From the NCBI RefSeq assembly GCF_029227855.1, contig NZ_CP074356.1: 64,000 bases of DNA; one strand, 5' to 3'. Shown piece by piece: positions 1-11,294 of this stretch. The notes beneath the pieces are model-generated. The model did no database searches. It saw only the letters and a program-made list of their open reading frames with translations, and was not told where the DNA came from. The translations under genes and the position numbers were made by a program. Source of the DNA: Escherichia coli (GTDB lineage Bacteria > Pseudomonadota > Gammaproteobacteria > Enterobacterales > Enterobacteriaceae). The first letter of the stretch is position 1; each line of letters opens with the position of its first letter.

Positions 1-1593
1 GGCAGCTATGCGCACGATTTTACCGTCTGGAAAGGCGTTTCTGCTGTTGTTGAACTGGCCGCCACCGTACTGGTGACCTTCTTTTTACTACGTCTTCTAT
101 CGCTGTTTGGCCGCCGCAGCTGGCGTATTCTGGCGTCGCTGGTGGTGCTCTTTTCCGCAGGTGCCAGCTATTACATGACCTTCCTTAATGTGGTCATTGG
201 TTATGGCATCATCGCTTCCGTCATGACCACCGATATCGACCTGTCAAAAGAAGTTGTTGGTCTGAACTTTATTCTCTGGTTAATCGCCGTTAGTGCATTG
301 CCTCTTATCCTTATCTGGAATAACCGCTGTCGCTACACCTTGCTCCGACAACTGCGAACCCCAGGGCAGCGTATTCGCAGCCTGGCGGTCGTCGTACTGG
401 CGGGTATTATGGTTTGGGCACCGATTCGTTTGCTGGATATCCAGCAGAAGAAAGTGGAGAGGGCGACCGGCGTTGATTTGCCGAGTTATGGCGGTGTCGT
501 AGCGAACTCTTATCTGCCATCAAACTGGCTTTCTGCGTTGGGGCTGTATGCCTGGGCGCGGGTCGATGAATCTTCCGATAATAATTCATTGCTTAATCCG
601 GCGAAGAAATTCACTTATCAGGCACCGCAAAACGTTGATGACACTTATGTCGTGTTTATCATCGGTGAAACCACGCGTTGGGACCATATGGGCATTTTCG
701 GCTATGAGCGTAATACCACGCCGAAACTGGCCCAGGAGAAAAATCTGGCGGCGTTCCGTGGTTACTCCTGTGATACCGCAACCAAACTCTCACTGCGTTG
801 CATGTTTGTACGTCAGGGGGGCGCGGAAGATAATCCGCAGCGCACATTAAAAGAACAGAACATTTTCGCGGTTCTGAAGCAGTTAGGATTCAGTTCTGAC
901 CTCTACGCTATGCAGAGCGAAATGTGGTTCTACAGCAACACGATGGCGGACAACATTGCTTATCGTGAGCAGATTGGTGCGGAGCCACGTAATCGTGGCA
1001 AGCCGGTAGATGATATGTTGCTGGTAGACGAAATGCAGCAATCGCTAGGGCGCAACCCGGATGGTAAGCATCTGATCATTCTGCATACCAAAGGTTCGCA
1101 TTTTAACTACACCCAGCGTTATCCGCGTAGCTTCGCGCAGTGGAAGCCGGAATGTATTGGTGTTGATAGCGGCTGTACCAAAGCGCAGATGATCAACTCC
1201 TATGACAACTCGGTGACCTATGTGGATCACTTTATCTCCAGCGTGATTGATCAGGTTCGCGATAAGAAAGCGATTGTGTTCTACGCAGCTGACCACGGTG
1301 AGTCAATTAATGAACGCGAGCACCTGCACGGCACGCCGCGTGAACTGGCACCGCCGGAGCAGTTCCGCGTACCGATGATGGTCTGGATGTCAGATAAATA
1401 TCTGGAAAATCCGGCCAATGCTCAGGCATTTGCGCAGCTGAAAAAAGAAGCCGACATGAAAGTGCCACGCCGTCATGTAGAGCTGTACGACACCATCATG
1501 GGTTGTCTTGGCTATACTTCACCGGATGGTGGAATTAACGAAAACAACAACTGGTGTCACATCCCGCAGACAAAAGTGGCAGCGGCTAACTAA
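1..1593 (+). CDS. eptB: Kdo2-lipid A phosphoethanolamine transferase EptB (YhjW), N-terminally truncated by window start
   Basis: Frame 1 is open from base 1 and the translation matches the EptB sulfatase-family protein as recalled; the ORF track calls only from the internal GTG at 73. Stop at 1591-1593. Confidence 0.9.
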   Translation, partial: GSYAHDFTVWKGVSAVVELAATVLVTFFLLRLLSLFGRRSWRILASLVVLFSAGASYYMTFLNVVIGYGIIASVMTTDIDLSKEVVGLNFILWLIAVSALPLILIWNNRCRYTLLRQLRTPGQRIRSLAVVVLAGIMVWAPIRLLDIQQKKVERATGVDLPSYGGVVANSYLPSNWLSALGLYAWARVDESSDNNSLLNPAKKFTYQAPQNVDDTYVVFIIGETTRWDHMGIFGYERNTTPKLAQEKNLAAFRGYSCDTATKLSLRCMFVRQGGAEDNPQRTLKEQNIFAVLKQLGFSSDLYAMQSEMWFYSNTMADNIAYREQIGAEPRNRGKPVDDMLLVDEMQQSLGRNPDGKHLIILHTKGSHFNYTQRYPRSFAQWKPECIGVDSGCTKAQMINSYDNSVTYVDHFISSVIDQVRDKKAIVFYAADHGESINEREHLHGTPRELAPPEQFRVPMMVWMSDKYLENPANAQAFAQLKKEADMKVPRRHVELYDTIMGCLGYTSPDGGINENNNWCHIPQTKVAAAN

Positions 1594-1684
1594 GCGGCCT
1601 GCTGACTTTCTCGCCGATCAAAAGGCATTTTGCTATTAAGGGATTGACGAGGGCGTATCTGCGCAGTAAGATGCGCCCCGCATT

Positions 1685-2018
<334 letters not shown>

Positions 2019-2019
2019 C

Positions 2020-2110
2020 GTAGGCCTGATAAGACGCGTCAGCGTCGCATCAGGCAACGGCACCGCACTTATTGTCGGATGCGGCGTGAACGCCTTATTC
2101 GACCTACACG
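2020..2110. repeat. REP (repetitive extragenic palindromic) elements
   Basis: Inverted copies of the GCCTGATAAGACGCG...CGCATCAGGC and GCCGGATGCGGCGTGAACGCCTTATTCGACCTAC motifs typical of E. coli REP units. Confidence 0.6.
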
Positions 2111-2639
2111 CCACACATTTCCCTGCCAAATTTGCGCCCCATATCTCACTATCCATTAACGGATTTGTGACAGAAACCATTGTCTTTTTTTATATTTGCT
2201 TAAATCTTTTTTTTCGTAACTTATGGCTGGCGCTGGCATTTTCCGCTGTGCGTTTTAGCGTTCATGGTATTAATCGCTCAGATATCCACCTTTTCCTCAG
2301 ATTTTTTTCACTAAATGCATAAAACTTAATCACCAAATGTTGCTAAATATTAAGCTGATTGTTCTGGTCATGTTGGAGTAGCACAAATTTCTCTGCTGCA
2401 AATAGCTGTTTGAAGTTTTTTTAATCTTTGTTTGTGGATTCTCACCGTTGGTGTAAATCCCGGTTGGCTGTATTGACGTTTTCACATTCTGTTGACAGAT
2501 TGTAGGTCACGAGGGGCATTTTATGGAGGATCCGCACTGTTACACTGATGTTAATTAGTACGGCATCCCCACCTCATAACGTTGACCCGACCGGGCAAAA
2601 AACAAAAAAGGTCAGGCAGCGACAACCCACTGCAAAGGG

Positions 2640-2673
2640 TTAAAACAACAAACATCACAATTGGAGCAGAATA
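2640..2673 (+). promoter_or_regulatory. dppA 5-prime UTR with CA-rich GcvB sRNA target region and RBS
   Basis: CA-rich tract AACAACAAACATCACAATTGGAGCAGA immediately upstream of the dppA ATG; GcvB targeting of dppA is established knowledge. Confidence 0.45.
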
Positions 2674-4281
2674 ATGCGTATTTCCTTGAAAAAGTCAGGG
2701 ATGCTGAAGCTTGGTCTCAGCCTGGTGGCTATGACCGTCGCAGCAAGTGTTCAGGCTAAAACTCTGGTTTATTGCTCAGAAGGATCTCCGGAAGGGTTTA
2801 ACCCGCAGCTGTTTACCTCCGGTACCACCTATGACGCCTCTTCCGTACCGCTTTATAACCGCCTGGTTGAATTTAAAATCGGCACCACCGAAGTGATTCC
2901 GGGCCTCGCTGAAAAGTGGGAAGTCAGCGAAGACGGTAAAACCTATACCTTCCATCTGCGTAAAGGTGTGAAGTGGCACGACAATAAAGAATTCAAACCG
3001 ACGCGTGAACTGAACGCCGATGACGTGGTGTTCTCGTTCGATCGTCAGAAAAACGCGCAAAACCCGTACCATAAAGTTTCTGGCGGCAGCTACGAATACT
3101 TCGAAGGCATGGGCTTGCCGGAGCTGATCAGCGAAGTGAAAAAGGTGGACGACAACACAGTTCAGTTTGTGCTGACTCGCCCGGAAGCGCCGTTCCTCGC
3201 TGACCTGGCAATGGACTTCGCCTCTATTCTGTCAAAAGAATATGCTGATGCGATGATGAAAGCCGGTACACCGGAAAAACTGGACCTCAACCCAATCGGC
3301 ACCGGTCCGTTCCAGTTACAGCAGTATCAAAAAGATTCCCGTATCCGCTACAAAGCGTTTGATGGCTACTGGGGCACCAAACCGCAGATCGATACGCTGG
3401 TCTTCTCTATTACCCCTGACGCTTCCGTGCGTTACGCGAAATTGCAGAAGAATGAATGCCAGGTGATGCCGTACCCGAACCCGGCAGATATCGCTCGCAT
3501 GAAGCAGGATAAATCCATCAATCTGATGGAAATGCCGGGGCTGAACGTCGGCTATCTTTCATATAACGTGCAGAAAAAACCACTCGATGACGTAAAAGTT
3601 CGCCAGGCTCTGACCTACGCGGTGAACAAAGACGCGATCATCAAAGCGGTTTATCAGGGCGCGGGTGTATCAGCGAAAAACCTGATCCCGCCAACCATGT
3701 GGGGCTATAACGACGACGTTCAGGACTACACCTACGATCCTGAAAAAGCGAAAGCCTTGCTGAAAGAAGCGGGTCTGGAAAAAGGTTTCTCCATCGACCT
3801 GTGGGCGATGCCGGTACAACGTCCGTATAACCCGAACGCTCGCCGCATGGCGGAGATGATTCAGGCAGACTGGGCGAAAGTCGGCGTGCAGGCCAAAATT
3901 GTCACCTACGAATGGGGTGAGTACCTCAAGCGTGCGAAAGATGGCGAGCACCAGACGGTAATGATGGGCTGGACTGGCGATAACGGGGATCCGGATAACT
4001 TCTTCGCCACCCTGTTCAGCTGCGCCGCCTCTGAACAAGGCTCCAACTACTCAAAATGGTGCTACAAACCGTTTGAAGATCTGATTCAACCGGCGCGTGC
4101 TACCGACGACCATAACAAACGCGTTGAACTGTACAAACAAGCACAGGTGGTGATGCACGATCAGGCTCCGGCACTGATCATCGCTCACTCCACCGTGTTT
4201 GAACCGGTACGTAAAGAAGTTAAAGGCTATGTGGTTGATCCATTAGGCAAACATCACTTCGAAAACGTCTCTATCGAATAA
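2674..4281 (+). CDS. dppA: Dipeptide ABC transporter periplasmic binding protein
   Basis: 535-aa ORF with signal peptide, family 5 solute-binding protein; first gene of the conserved dppABCDF order. Confidence 0.95.
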   Translation: MRISLKKSGMLKLGLSLVAMTVAASVQAKTLVYCSEGSPEGFNPQLFTSGTTYDASSVPLYNRLVEFKIGTTEVIPGLAEKWEVSEDGKTYTFHLRKGVKWHDNKEFKPTRELNADDVVFSFDRQKNAQNPYHKVSGGSYEYFEGMGLPELISEVKKVDDNTVQFVLTRPEAPFLADLAMDFASILSKEYADAMMKAGTPEKLDLNPIGTGPFQLQQYQKDSRIRYKAFDGYWGTKPQIDTLVFSITPDASVRYAKLQKNECQVMPYPNPADIARMKQDKSINLMEMPGLNVGYLSYNVQKKPLDDVKVRQALTYAVNKDAIIKAVYQGAGVSAKNLIPPTMWGYNDDVQDYTYDPEKAKALLKEAGLEKGFSIDLWAMPVQRPYNPNARRMAEMIQADWAKVGVQAKIVTYEWGEYLKRAKDGEHQTVMMGWTGDNGDPDNFFATLFSCAASEQGSNYSKWCYKPFEDLIQPARATDDHNKRVELYKQAQVVMHDQAPALIIAHSTVFEPVRKEVKGYVVDPLGKHHFENVSIE

Positions 4282-4431
4282 TTAAAAGCCATACCCGGTG
4301 GCGCTGTGCCTCTGCGTGCAGCGCCATCCGGCAGCAATACTTCATTCTCTGTCCGACAAGGGCGGGAATTGATTTGTGAGCAATACAGACACGCAGTTCC
4401 AGGCTGCGGGTCATTATAGAGAATCCGGGTT

Positions 4432-5451
4432 ATGTTGCAGTTTATTCTCCGACGTTTGGGACTCGTCATCCCCACGTTTATCGGTATTACCCTTCTCACA
4501 TTTGCCTTTGTCCACATGATCCCGGGCGATCCGGTGATGATCATGGCGGGCGAACGTGGGATCTCCCCTGAGCGTCACGCGCAGCTGCTGGCTGAACTCG
4601 GCTTAGATAAACCGATGTGGCAGCAGTATCTCCATTACATTTGGGGCGTAATGCACGGCGATCTAGGCATTTCAATGAAAAGCCGAATTCCAGTATGGGA
4701 AGAGTTCGTGCCGCGCTTTCAGGCCACGCTGGAACTTGGCGTCTGCGCGATGATTTTTGCTACGGCAGTCGGTATTCCGGTTGGTGTGCTGGCTGCGGTT
4801 AAACGCGGTTCCATTTTCGATCACACTGCAGTTGGCCTGGCGCTGACCGGCTACTCGATGCCGATCTTCTGGTGGGGCATGATGCTGATCATGCTGGTTT
4901 CGGTGCACTGGAACCTGACGCCCGTCTCCGGTCGCGTGAGCGATATGGTGTTCCTCGATGACTCCAATCCGTTAACCGGTTTTATGCTAATCGACACCGC
5001 CATCTGGGGTGAAGACGGCAACTTTATCGATGCCGTCGCCCATATGATCTTGCCTGCCATTGTGCTGGGTACTATTCCGCTGGCGGTCATTGTGCGTATG
5101 ACACGCTCCTCGATGCTGGAAGTGCTGGGCGAGGATTACATCCGCACCGCGCGCGCCAAAGGGCTAACCCGCATGCGGGTGATTATCGTCCATGCGCTGC
5201 GTAACGCGATGCTGCCGGTGGTGACCGTTATCGGCCTGCAGGTGGGAACATTGCTGGCGGGGGCGATTCTGACCGAAACCATCTTCTCGTGGCCCGGTCT
5301 GGGACGCTGGTTGATTGACGCACTGCAACGCCGCGACTATCCGGTAGTGCAGGGCGGCGTATTGCTGGTGGCGACGATGATTATCCTCGTCAACTTGCTG
5401 GTCGATCTGCTGTACGGCGTGGTGAACCCGCGTATTCGTCATAAGAAGTAA
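4432..5451 (+). CDS. dppB: Dipeptide ABC transporter permease
   Basis: 339-aa polytopic membrane ORF, ABC permease family; position in dpp operon. Confidence 0.93.
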   Translation: MLQFILRRLGLVIPTFIGITLLTFAFVHMIPGDPVMIMAGERGISPERHAQLLAELGLDKPMWQQYLHYIWGVMHGDLGISMKSRIPVWEEFVPRFQATLELGVCAMIFATAVGIPVGVLAAVKRGSIFDHTAVGLALTGYSMPIFWWGMMLIMLVSVHWNLTPVSGRVSDMVFLDDSNPLTGFMLIDTAIWGEDGNFIDAVAHMILPAIVLGTIPLAVIVRMTRSSMLEVLGEDYIRTARAKGLTRMRVIIVHALRNAMLPVVTVIGLQVGTLLAGAILTETIFSWPGLGRWLIDALQRRDYPVVQGGVLLVATMIILVNLLVDLLYGVVNPRIRHKK

Positions 5452-5460
5452 GGGGACATC

Positions 5461-6363
5461 ATGTCACAGGTTACTGAAAATAAAGTGATTAGCGCACCGG
5501 TGCCGATGACCCCGTTACAGGAGTTCTGGCACTATTTTAAACGCAACAAAGGCGCGGTCGTCGGGCTGGTTTACGTCGTCATCGTGCTGTTCATCGCGAT
5601 CTTTGCCAACTGGATTGCACCCTATAACCCGGCGGAACAGTTCCGCGATGCACTGCTCGCCCCGCCAGCCTGGCAGGAAGGCGGCAGCATGGCGCACTTG
5701 CTGGGCACCGATGACGTAGGCCGTGATGTGCTGTCGCGCCTGATGTACGGTGCGCGCCTGTCGCTGCTGGTTGGCTGTCTGGTAGTTGTGTTATCGCTGA
5801 TTATGGGCGTTATTCTCGGCCTGATCGCCGGTTACTTTGGCGGCCTGGTCGATAACATCATTATGCGCGTGGTCGATATCATGCTGGCGCTGCCAAGTCT
5901 GCTGCTGGCGCTGGTGCTGGTGGCAATTTTCGGCCCGTCGATTGGTAACGCCGCGCTGGCACTGACCTTCGTTGCCTTGCCGCACTATGTGCGCTTAACC
6001 CGCGCCGCCGTGCTGGTGGAAGTTAACCGCGATTACGTCACCGCGTCTCGCGTGGCGGGTGCCGGGGCGATGCGTCAGATGTTTATTAACATCTTCCCGA
6101 ACTGCCTTGCGCCGCTGATTGTTCAGGCGTCGCTCGGTTTCTCTAACGCCATTCTCGATATGGCTGCTCTTGGTTTCCTCGGCATGGGGGCACAGCCGCC
6201 AACGCCTGAGTGGGGCACCATGCTCTCCGACGTGTTGCAGTTCGCGCAAAGCGCCTGGTGGGTCGTGACCTTCCCGGGTCTGGCGATCCTGCTGACGGTG
6301 CTGGCATTTAACCTGATGGGTGACGGTCTGCGTGACGCGCTCGATCCCAAACTGAAGCAGTAA
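5461..6363 (+). CDS. dppC: Dipeptide ABC transporter permease
   Basis: 300-aa membrane ORF, ABC permease; operon context. Confidence 0.93.
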   Translation: MSQVTENKVISAPVPMTPLQEFWHYFKRNKGAVVGLVYVVIVLFIAIFANWIAPYNPAEQFRDALLAPPAWQEGGSMAHLLGTDDVGRDVLSRLMYGARLSLLVGCLVVVLSLIMGVILGLIAGYFGGLVDNIIMRVVDIMLALPSLLLALVLVAIFGPSIGNAALALTFVALPHYVRLTRAAVLVEVNRDYVTASRVAGAGAMRQMFINIFPNCLAPLIVQASLGFSNAILDMAALGFLGMGAQPPTPEWGTMLSDVLQFAQSAWWVVTFPGLAILLTVLAFNLMGDGLRDALDPKLKQ

Positions 6364-6373
6364 GAGGTTCGAG

Positions 6374-7357
6374 ATGGCGTTATTAAATGTAGATAAATTA
6401 TCGGTGCATTTCGGCGACGAAAGCGCGCCGTTCCGCGCCGTAGACCGCATCAGCTACAGCGTAAAACAGGGCGAAGTGGTCGGGATTGTGGGTGAGTCCG
6501 GCTCCGGTAAGTCGGTCAGTTCACTGGCGATTATGGGGCTGATTGATTATCCGGGCCGCGTAATGGCAGAAAAACTGGAGTTTAACGGCCAGGATTTGCA
6601 GCGTATCTCAGAAAAAGAGCGCCGCAACCTGGTGGGTGCCGAAGTGGCGATGATCTTCCAGGACCCGATGACCAGCCTTAACCCGTGCTACACCGTGGGT
6701 TTCCAGATTATGGAAGCGATTAAGGTGCATCAGGGCGGCAACAAAAGTACCCGCCGTCAGCGAGCGATTGACCTGCTGAATCAGGTCGGTATTCCCGATC
6801 CGGCATCGCGTCTGGATGTTTACCCGCATCAGCTTTCCGGCGGCATGAGCCAGCGCGTGATGATCGCCATGGCGATTGCCTGTCGGCCAAAACTGCTGAT
6901 TGCCGATGAACCGACCACCGCGCTGGACGTGACCATTCAGGCGCAAATCATCGAACTACTGCTGGAGCTACAGCAGCAAGAGAACATGGCGCTGGTGTTA
7001 ATTACCCATGACCTGGCGCTGGTGGCGGAAGCGGCACATAAAATCATCGTGATGTATGCAGGCCAGGTGGTGGAAACCGGTGATGCGCACGCCATCTTCC
7101 ATGCGCCGCGTCACCCGTATACTCAGGCATTGCTGCGTGCGCTGCCAGAATTTGCTCAGGACAAAGAACGTCTGGCGTCGTTGCCAGGTGTCGTTCCCGG
7201 TAAGTACGACCGCCCGAACGGCTGCCTGCTTAACCCGCGCTGCCCCTATGCCACTGACAGATGTCGCGCTGAAGAACCGGCGCTGAATATGCTCGCTGAT
7301 GGGCGTCAGTCCAAATGCCATTACCCACTTGATGATGCCGGGAGGCCGACACTATGA
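6374..7357 (+). CDS. dppD: Dipeptide ABC transporter ATP-binding protein
   Basis: 327-aa ORF with Walker A GESGSGKS and ABC signature LSGGMSQR; 4-bp ATGA overlap with dppF. Confidence 0.93.
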   Translation: MALLNVDKLSVHFGDESAPFRAVDRISYSVKQGEVVGIVGESGSGKSVSSLAIMGLIDYPGRVMAEKLEFNGQDLQRISEKERRNLVGAEVAMIFQDPMTSLNPCYTVGFQIMEAIKVHQGGNKSTRRQRAIDLLNQVGIPDPASRLDVYPHQLSGGMSQRVMIAMAIACRPKLLIADEPTTALDVTIQAQIIELLLELQQQENMALVLITHDLALVAEAAHKIIVMYAGQVVETGDAHAIFHAPRHPYTQALLRALPEFAQDKERLASLPGVVPGKYDRPNGCLLNPRCPYATDRCRAEEPALNMLADGRQSKCHYPLDDAGRPTL

Positions 7358-8358
7358 GTACGCAAGAGGCCACCTCGCAACAACCGCTGTTGCAGGCTAT
7401 CGACCTGAAAAAACATTATCCGGTGAAGAAAGGCATGTTCGCGCCGGAACGTCTGGTTAAAGCGCTGGATGGCGTTTCGTTTAACCTTGAACGTGGCAAA
7501 ACGCTGGCAGTAGTGGGCGAATCTGGCTGCGGTAAATCGACCCTCGGTCGGTTGCTGACGATGATTGAAATGCCCACCGGTGGCGAGCTGTATTACCAGG
7601 GGCAGGATCTGCTTAAGCACGATCCGCAGGCGCAGAAGCTGCGTCGGCAGAAAATCCAGATCGTCTTCCAGAACCCTTACGGTTCGCTGAATCCGCGTAA
7701 AAAAGTTGGGCAAATTCTCGAAGAGCCGCTGCTTATTAACACCAGCTTCAGCAAAGAACAGCGTCGGGAAAAAGCCCTGTCGATGATGGCGAAAGTCGGC
7801 CTGAAAACCGAGCACTATGACCGCTATCCGCATATGTTCTCCGGCGGACAACGTCAGCGTATCGCTATTGCCCGTGGTCTGATGCTCGACCCGGATGTGG
7901 TGATTGCCGATGAGCCGGTTTCTGCGCTGGACGTCTCAGTGCGTGCGCAAGTGCTGAATCTGATGATGGATTTACAGCAGGAACTGGGGCTTTCTTATGT
8001 CTTTATCTCCCACGACCTGTCGGTTGTGGAGCACATTGCTGATGAAGTGATGGTGATGTACCTGGGCCGCTGCGTGGAGAAGGGAACGAAAGACCAAATC
8101 TTCAATAACCCGCGCCATCCGTACACTCAGGCGCTACTCTCCGCGACGCCACGCCTGAACCCGGACGATCGCCGCGAACGCATCAAACTCACCGGTGAAC
8201 TGCCAAGCCCGCTGAATCCACCGCCGGGTTGCGCCTTCAACGCCCGCTGTCGTCGGCGCTTCGGCCCCTGCACCCAGTTGCAGCCGCAGCTAAAAGACTA
8301 CGGCGGTCAACTGGTAGCTTGTTTTGCTGTTGATCAGGATGAAAATCCGCAGCGTTAA
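7354..8358 (+). CDS. dppF: Dipeptide ABC transporter ATP-binding protein
   Basis: 334-aa ORF with Walker A GESGCGKS and signature FSGGQRQR. Confidence 0.93.
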   Translation: MSTQEATSQQPLLQAIDLKKHYPVKKGMFAPERLVKALDGVSFNLERGKTLAVVGESGCGKSTLGRLLTMIEMPTGGELYYQGQDLLKHDPQAQKLRRQKIQIVFQNPYGSLNPRKKVGQILEEPLLINTSFSKEQRREKALSMMAKVGLKTEHYDRYPHMFSGGQRQRIAIARGLMLDPDVVIADEPVSALDVSVRAQVLNLMMDLQQELGLSYVFISHDLSVVEHIADEVMVMYLGRCVEKGTKDQIFNNPRHPYTQALLSATPRLNPDDRRERIKLTGELPSPLNPPPGCAFNARCRRRFGPCTQLQPQLKDYGGQLVACFAVDQDENPQR

Positions 8359-8387
8359 CTCACAAAACCGGGGCCATGCGCTCCGGT

Positions 8388-9659
8388 TTACTCAATCAGC
8401 TTCAACAGTGGCGACAAGCATAGCAAAATGCCGTAAAGCAGAATTAGCCAGGCTTTAAATCCGCGAAGTTTTTCCAGTTGTGCGACTTTATAGATCAGGA
8501 AAAACGGAATGAGGCACGACACAATGCCATATAACGGGCTTCCCAACTGAAAGAACACCAGCACCGATACACGAAACGAAACCCAAATCGTCAATGTAAT
8601 GACGATAAAAGCGCAGATCGCCAGAGTCAGCATGCGTGAGTTAATTTTCTTGGTATCAATAATTCGGCTTAACAGATTGAGAATAATGCCTTTAATAGCC
8701 TCGTGGAAACCGAGATAAATGCCAAAGAATGCGGTCAGTACGGCAAAGATATTCAGCACCGTAGAGGTGATATGAATGATATGTCCAGGGATCACCTGCG
8801 CGGCCAGCGCCAGTGCCGAGATATTTTGTTCAAAGGCAGAAACGGCTTCTTCGTGGCTAATTGAGAAGGTAAACGAAAAGGCAAAAAACAGGATCACCGC
8901 GATGAGCGTGATATAACTAATTCGGTGGGTACGCAGCGCGAGCCGGGTTGCCAGTACTTTATCCGCTTCCCGTTTACGATAGGCAATATTCATTGGGTTA
9001 AGTACCTGAATAAATACTGCAGAAAAGAAGCAAAATGGAATGGTAAGCAAGACATCGCGGAAAAAGACGGAGGCTTGCGGGAAGGCGGTTATATTGGCGA
9101 AATTCCAGTGCGGGATCATCGCAAAACCGAACACGACAATAATCCCTACTTTGACCACCACCATTGGCCCGGAAATCTTAAACAGTAATCGTTCACCACC
9201 AGACGCAATCGCCACCAGTACGGCGAAAATAGCGACTTTATAAAGTAGAGATTGTGAAAGATCGGCATCGGTTAAACCGAAGGTTTTCAGGTACGAGGCG
9301 CTGTCGAAAACCACGGAGAGAGAGTAGATAAAAATCCCGTGGATAATCATCAAAAAGTAGATAACCCCGAGGAAAATTCCCCAGTTCTTCCCCAGGTAAT
9401 GACTGATAATATCGGTGTAGTCATTACAGGAATCGCTTTCAGAAAGGGTTTTTAAATAAATGTCCTGCACTACCCAGGTGGCAGGATAAGCAATGATCGC
9501 TGCGGTAATAAATACCCAAATTCCCTTCAAGCCAATTTGTACTGGCATCAGCACGGTTCCGGCACCAATCGCCATGCCTATGCATAATAAAACCCAGCCG
9601 AAGTCGTAGCGTGTAAACGGCAATTTCTGATTGTGTTTCGATAGTGTGTTGTGCTGCAT
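8388..9659 (-). CDS. yhjV: Putative amino acid permease (HAAAP/aromatic amino acid permease-like)
   Basis: Polytopic membrane ORF convergent with dppF. The ORF track extends to 9722; I chose the internal ATG giving 423 aa to match the recalled YhjV length, so the start is uncertain. Confidence 0.75.
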   Translation of the reverse strand: MQHNTLSKHNQKLPFTRYDFGWVLLCIGMAIGAGTVLMPVQIGLKGIWVFITAAIIAYPATWVVQDIYLKTLSESDSCNDYTDIISHYLGKNWGIFLGVIYFLMIIHGIFIYSLSVVFDSASYLKTFGLTDADLSQSLLYKVAIFAVLVAIASGGERLLFKISGPMVVVKVGIIVVFGFAMIPHWNFANITAFPQASVFFRDVLLTIPFCFFSAVFIQVLNPMNIAYRKREADKVLATRLALRTHRISYITLIAVILFFAFSFTFSISHEEAVSAFEQNISALALAAQVIPGHIIHITSTVLNIFAVLTAFFGIYLGFHEAIKGIILNLLSRIIDTKKINSRMLTLAICAFIVITLTIWVSFRVSVLVFFQLGSPLYGIVSCLIPFFLIYKVAQLEKLRGFKAWLILLYGILLCLSPLLKLIE

Positions 9660-10018
9660 AAAGTCCTGTCCAGAAAGAAGTCGGCCTCGCAAAAATGAAT
9701 AAACCCAGTTTCTCTTGCGCAACAGGTGGAGAAGTCGAATACGCAGTATGTAAAAAATGAGGCAACAGATTCACTGGGGAGGTCGCGAGGAGGCGCAATT
9801 CTACAAAATTGCGCATTTCACTACCAGTCTGGAGTCAGCCCGGATATGAACTGCAACTATTGCAAATAAAGAAATTAAGCTGGAAGGCATCGCGCAATGA
9901 GGAAGATTGCCGGGTGCTGACAGTAAAAAGCAATCGTAAAATCAGCGGCAAGCCGAAAGGGTTCCGGTGAGGCGCAATGTTGCGGGGGCTTTATCCCTGG
10001 TGGCATTGGTTGCTGGAG

Positions 10019-10084
10019 AGAGAAAACCCCCGCACGTTGCAGGTATGTACCTGACAACATAACGGGGGCTAATCTTGAACCTAG
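10019..10084 (-). ncRNA. rdl: Rdl antisense RNA (antitoxin) for ldr copy 1; boundaries approximate
   Basis: The minus strand reads GTCTAGGTTCAAGATTAGCCCCCGTTATGTTGTCAGGTACATACCTGCAACGTGCGGGGGTTTTCTCTC, which matches the Rdl sRNA as recalled. It lies in the ldr leader on the opposite strand. Confidence 0.5.
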
Positions 10085-10134
10085 ACCACTCAAGAATAGC
10101 CGCGAAACGTTGTCATTACAACACAGGCGGCTAT

Positions 10135-10242
10135 ATGACGCTCGCAGAGCTGGGCATGGCCTTCTGGCATGATTTAGCGGCTCCGGTCATTGCTGGCATT
10201 CTTGCCAGTATGATCGTGAACTGGCTGAACAAGCGGAAGTAG
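10135..10242 (+). CDS. ldr: Ldr-family type I toxin peptide (35 aa), copy 1
   Basis: Encodes MTLAELGMAFWHDLAAPVIAGILASMIVNWLNKRK; matches the Ldr small hydrophobic toxin family. Confidence 0.8.
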   Translation: MTLAELGMAFWHDLAAPVIAGILASMIVNWLNKRK

Positions 10243-10501
10243 CGTGTCATGTGGGCGTCAGGCTGCCGTAATGGCAATTTGCGCCCGGACCAGGCCGCAG
10301 GAGTGAAACTCTGCGGCCTTTTTCGTAAGAAAAATGCAACGGTTGCAAGCGGATAATATTCTGCGGAATGCGCAGCACAGAGTGAAGATGAGACGGATTC
10401 CGGAACAGAAAAACAGTCGTAGAATCAGCGTCAAGCCGGAAGGATTCCGGTGAGGCGCAATGTTGCGGGGGCTTAATCCCTGGTGGCATTGGTTGCTGGA
10501 G

Positions 10502-10567
10502 AGAGAAAACCCCCGCACGTTGCAGGTATGCACCTGACAACACCACGGGGGCTATTCTTGCATCCAA
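10502..10567 (-). ncRNA. rdl: Rdl-like antisense RNA for ldr copy 2; boundaries approximate, 5-prime half diverged
   Basis: Placed by the 483-bp periodicity; the terminator-proximal half is conserved, the 5-prime half differs from copy 1. Confidence 0.4.
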
Positions 10568-10617
10568 ACAATACAAGAATAGCCGCGAAACGTTGTCATT
10601 ACAATACAGGCGGCTAT

Positions 10618-10725
10618 ATGACGCTCGCAGAACTGGGCATGGCCTTCTGGCATGATTTAGCGGCTCCGGTCATTGCTGGTATTCTTGCCAGTATGATCGT
10701 GAACTGGCTGAACAAGCGGAAGTAA
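10618..10725 (+). CDS. ldr: Ldr-family type I toxin peptide (35 aa), copy 2
   Basis: Identical peptide to copy 1; only synonymous nucleotide differences. Confidence 0.8.
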   Translation: MTLAELGMAFWHDLAAPVIAGILASMIVNWLNKRK

Positions 10726-10984
10726 CGTGCCATGCGGGCGTCAGGCTGCCGTAATGGCAATTTGCGCCCGGATCAGGCCGCAGGGGTGAAACTCTGCGGC
10801 CTTTTTCGTAAGAAAAATGCAACGGTTGCAAGCGGATAATATTCTGCGGAATGCGCAGCACAGAGTGAAGACGTGACGGATTCCGGAACAGAAAAACAGT
10901 CGTAGAATCAGCGGCAAGCCGGAAGGGTTCCGGTGAGGCGCAATGTTGCGGGGGCTTTATCCCTGGTGGCATTGGTTGCTGGAG

Positions 10985-11050
10985 AGAGAAAACCCCCGCA
11001 CGTTGCAGGTATGCACCTGACAACATCACGGGGGCCATTCTTGAACCTGA
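10985..11050 (-). ncRNA. rdl: Rdl-like antisense RNA for ldr copy 3; boundaries approximate
   Basis: Placed by the 483-bp periodicity; sequence close to copy 1. Confidence 0.45.
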
Positions 11051-11100
11051 ACAACTCAAGAATAGCCGCGAAACGTTGTCATTACAACACAGGCGGCTAT

Positions 11101-11208
11101 ATGACGCTCGCAGAACTGGGCATGGCCTTCTGGCATGATTTAGCGGCTCCGGTCATTGCTGGCATTCTTGCCAGTATGATCGTGAACTGGCTGAACAAGC
11201 GGAAGTAA
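11101..11208 (+). CDS. ldr: Ldr-family type I toxin peptide (35 aa), copy 3
   Basis: Identical peptide to copies 1 and 2. Confidence 0.8.
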   Translation: MTLAELGMAFWHDLAAPVIAGILASMIVNWLNKRK

Positions 11209-11294
11209 CGTGTCATGCGGGCGTCAGGCTGCCGTAATGGCAATTTGCGCCCGGACCAGGCCGCAGGGGTGAAACTCTGCGGCCTTTTTCGTGC

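Larger units (their letters stand above)
9930..11292. repeat. Tandem array of three about 483-bp ldr/rdl type I toxin-antitoxin units
   Basis: ldr start codons at 10135, 10618 and 11101 (exact 483-bp period). Each unit has a conserved upstream segment, a 35-codon ORF and a terminator hairpin GCCGCAGGnGTGAAACTCTGCGGCCTTTTTCG. Confidence 0.8.

Noticed and set aside
9875-11059. Minus-strand ORFs of 72, 109, 91 and 129 aa (MSGLGSRLAPVMLSG..., MYCLDARIAPVVLSG..., MSCSGSRMAPVMLSG...) recurring in each ldr/rdl repeat unit
   Set aside because: They recur only because the DNA is tandemly repeated. They overlap the ldr ORF and the rdl RNA on the opposite strand and are Pro/Gly/Ala-rich, as expected from reading GC-rich structured RNA sequence. 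No independent coding signal.
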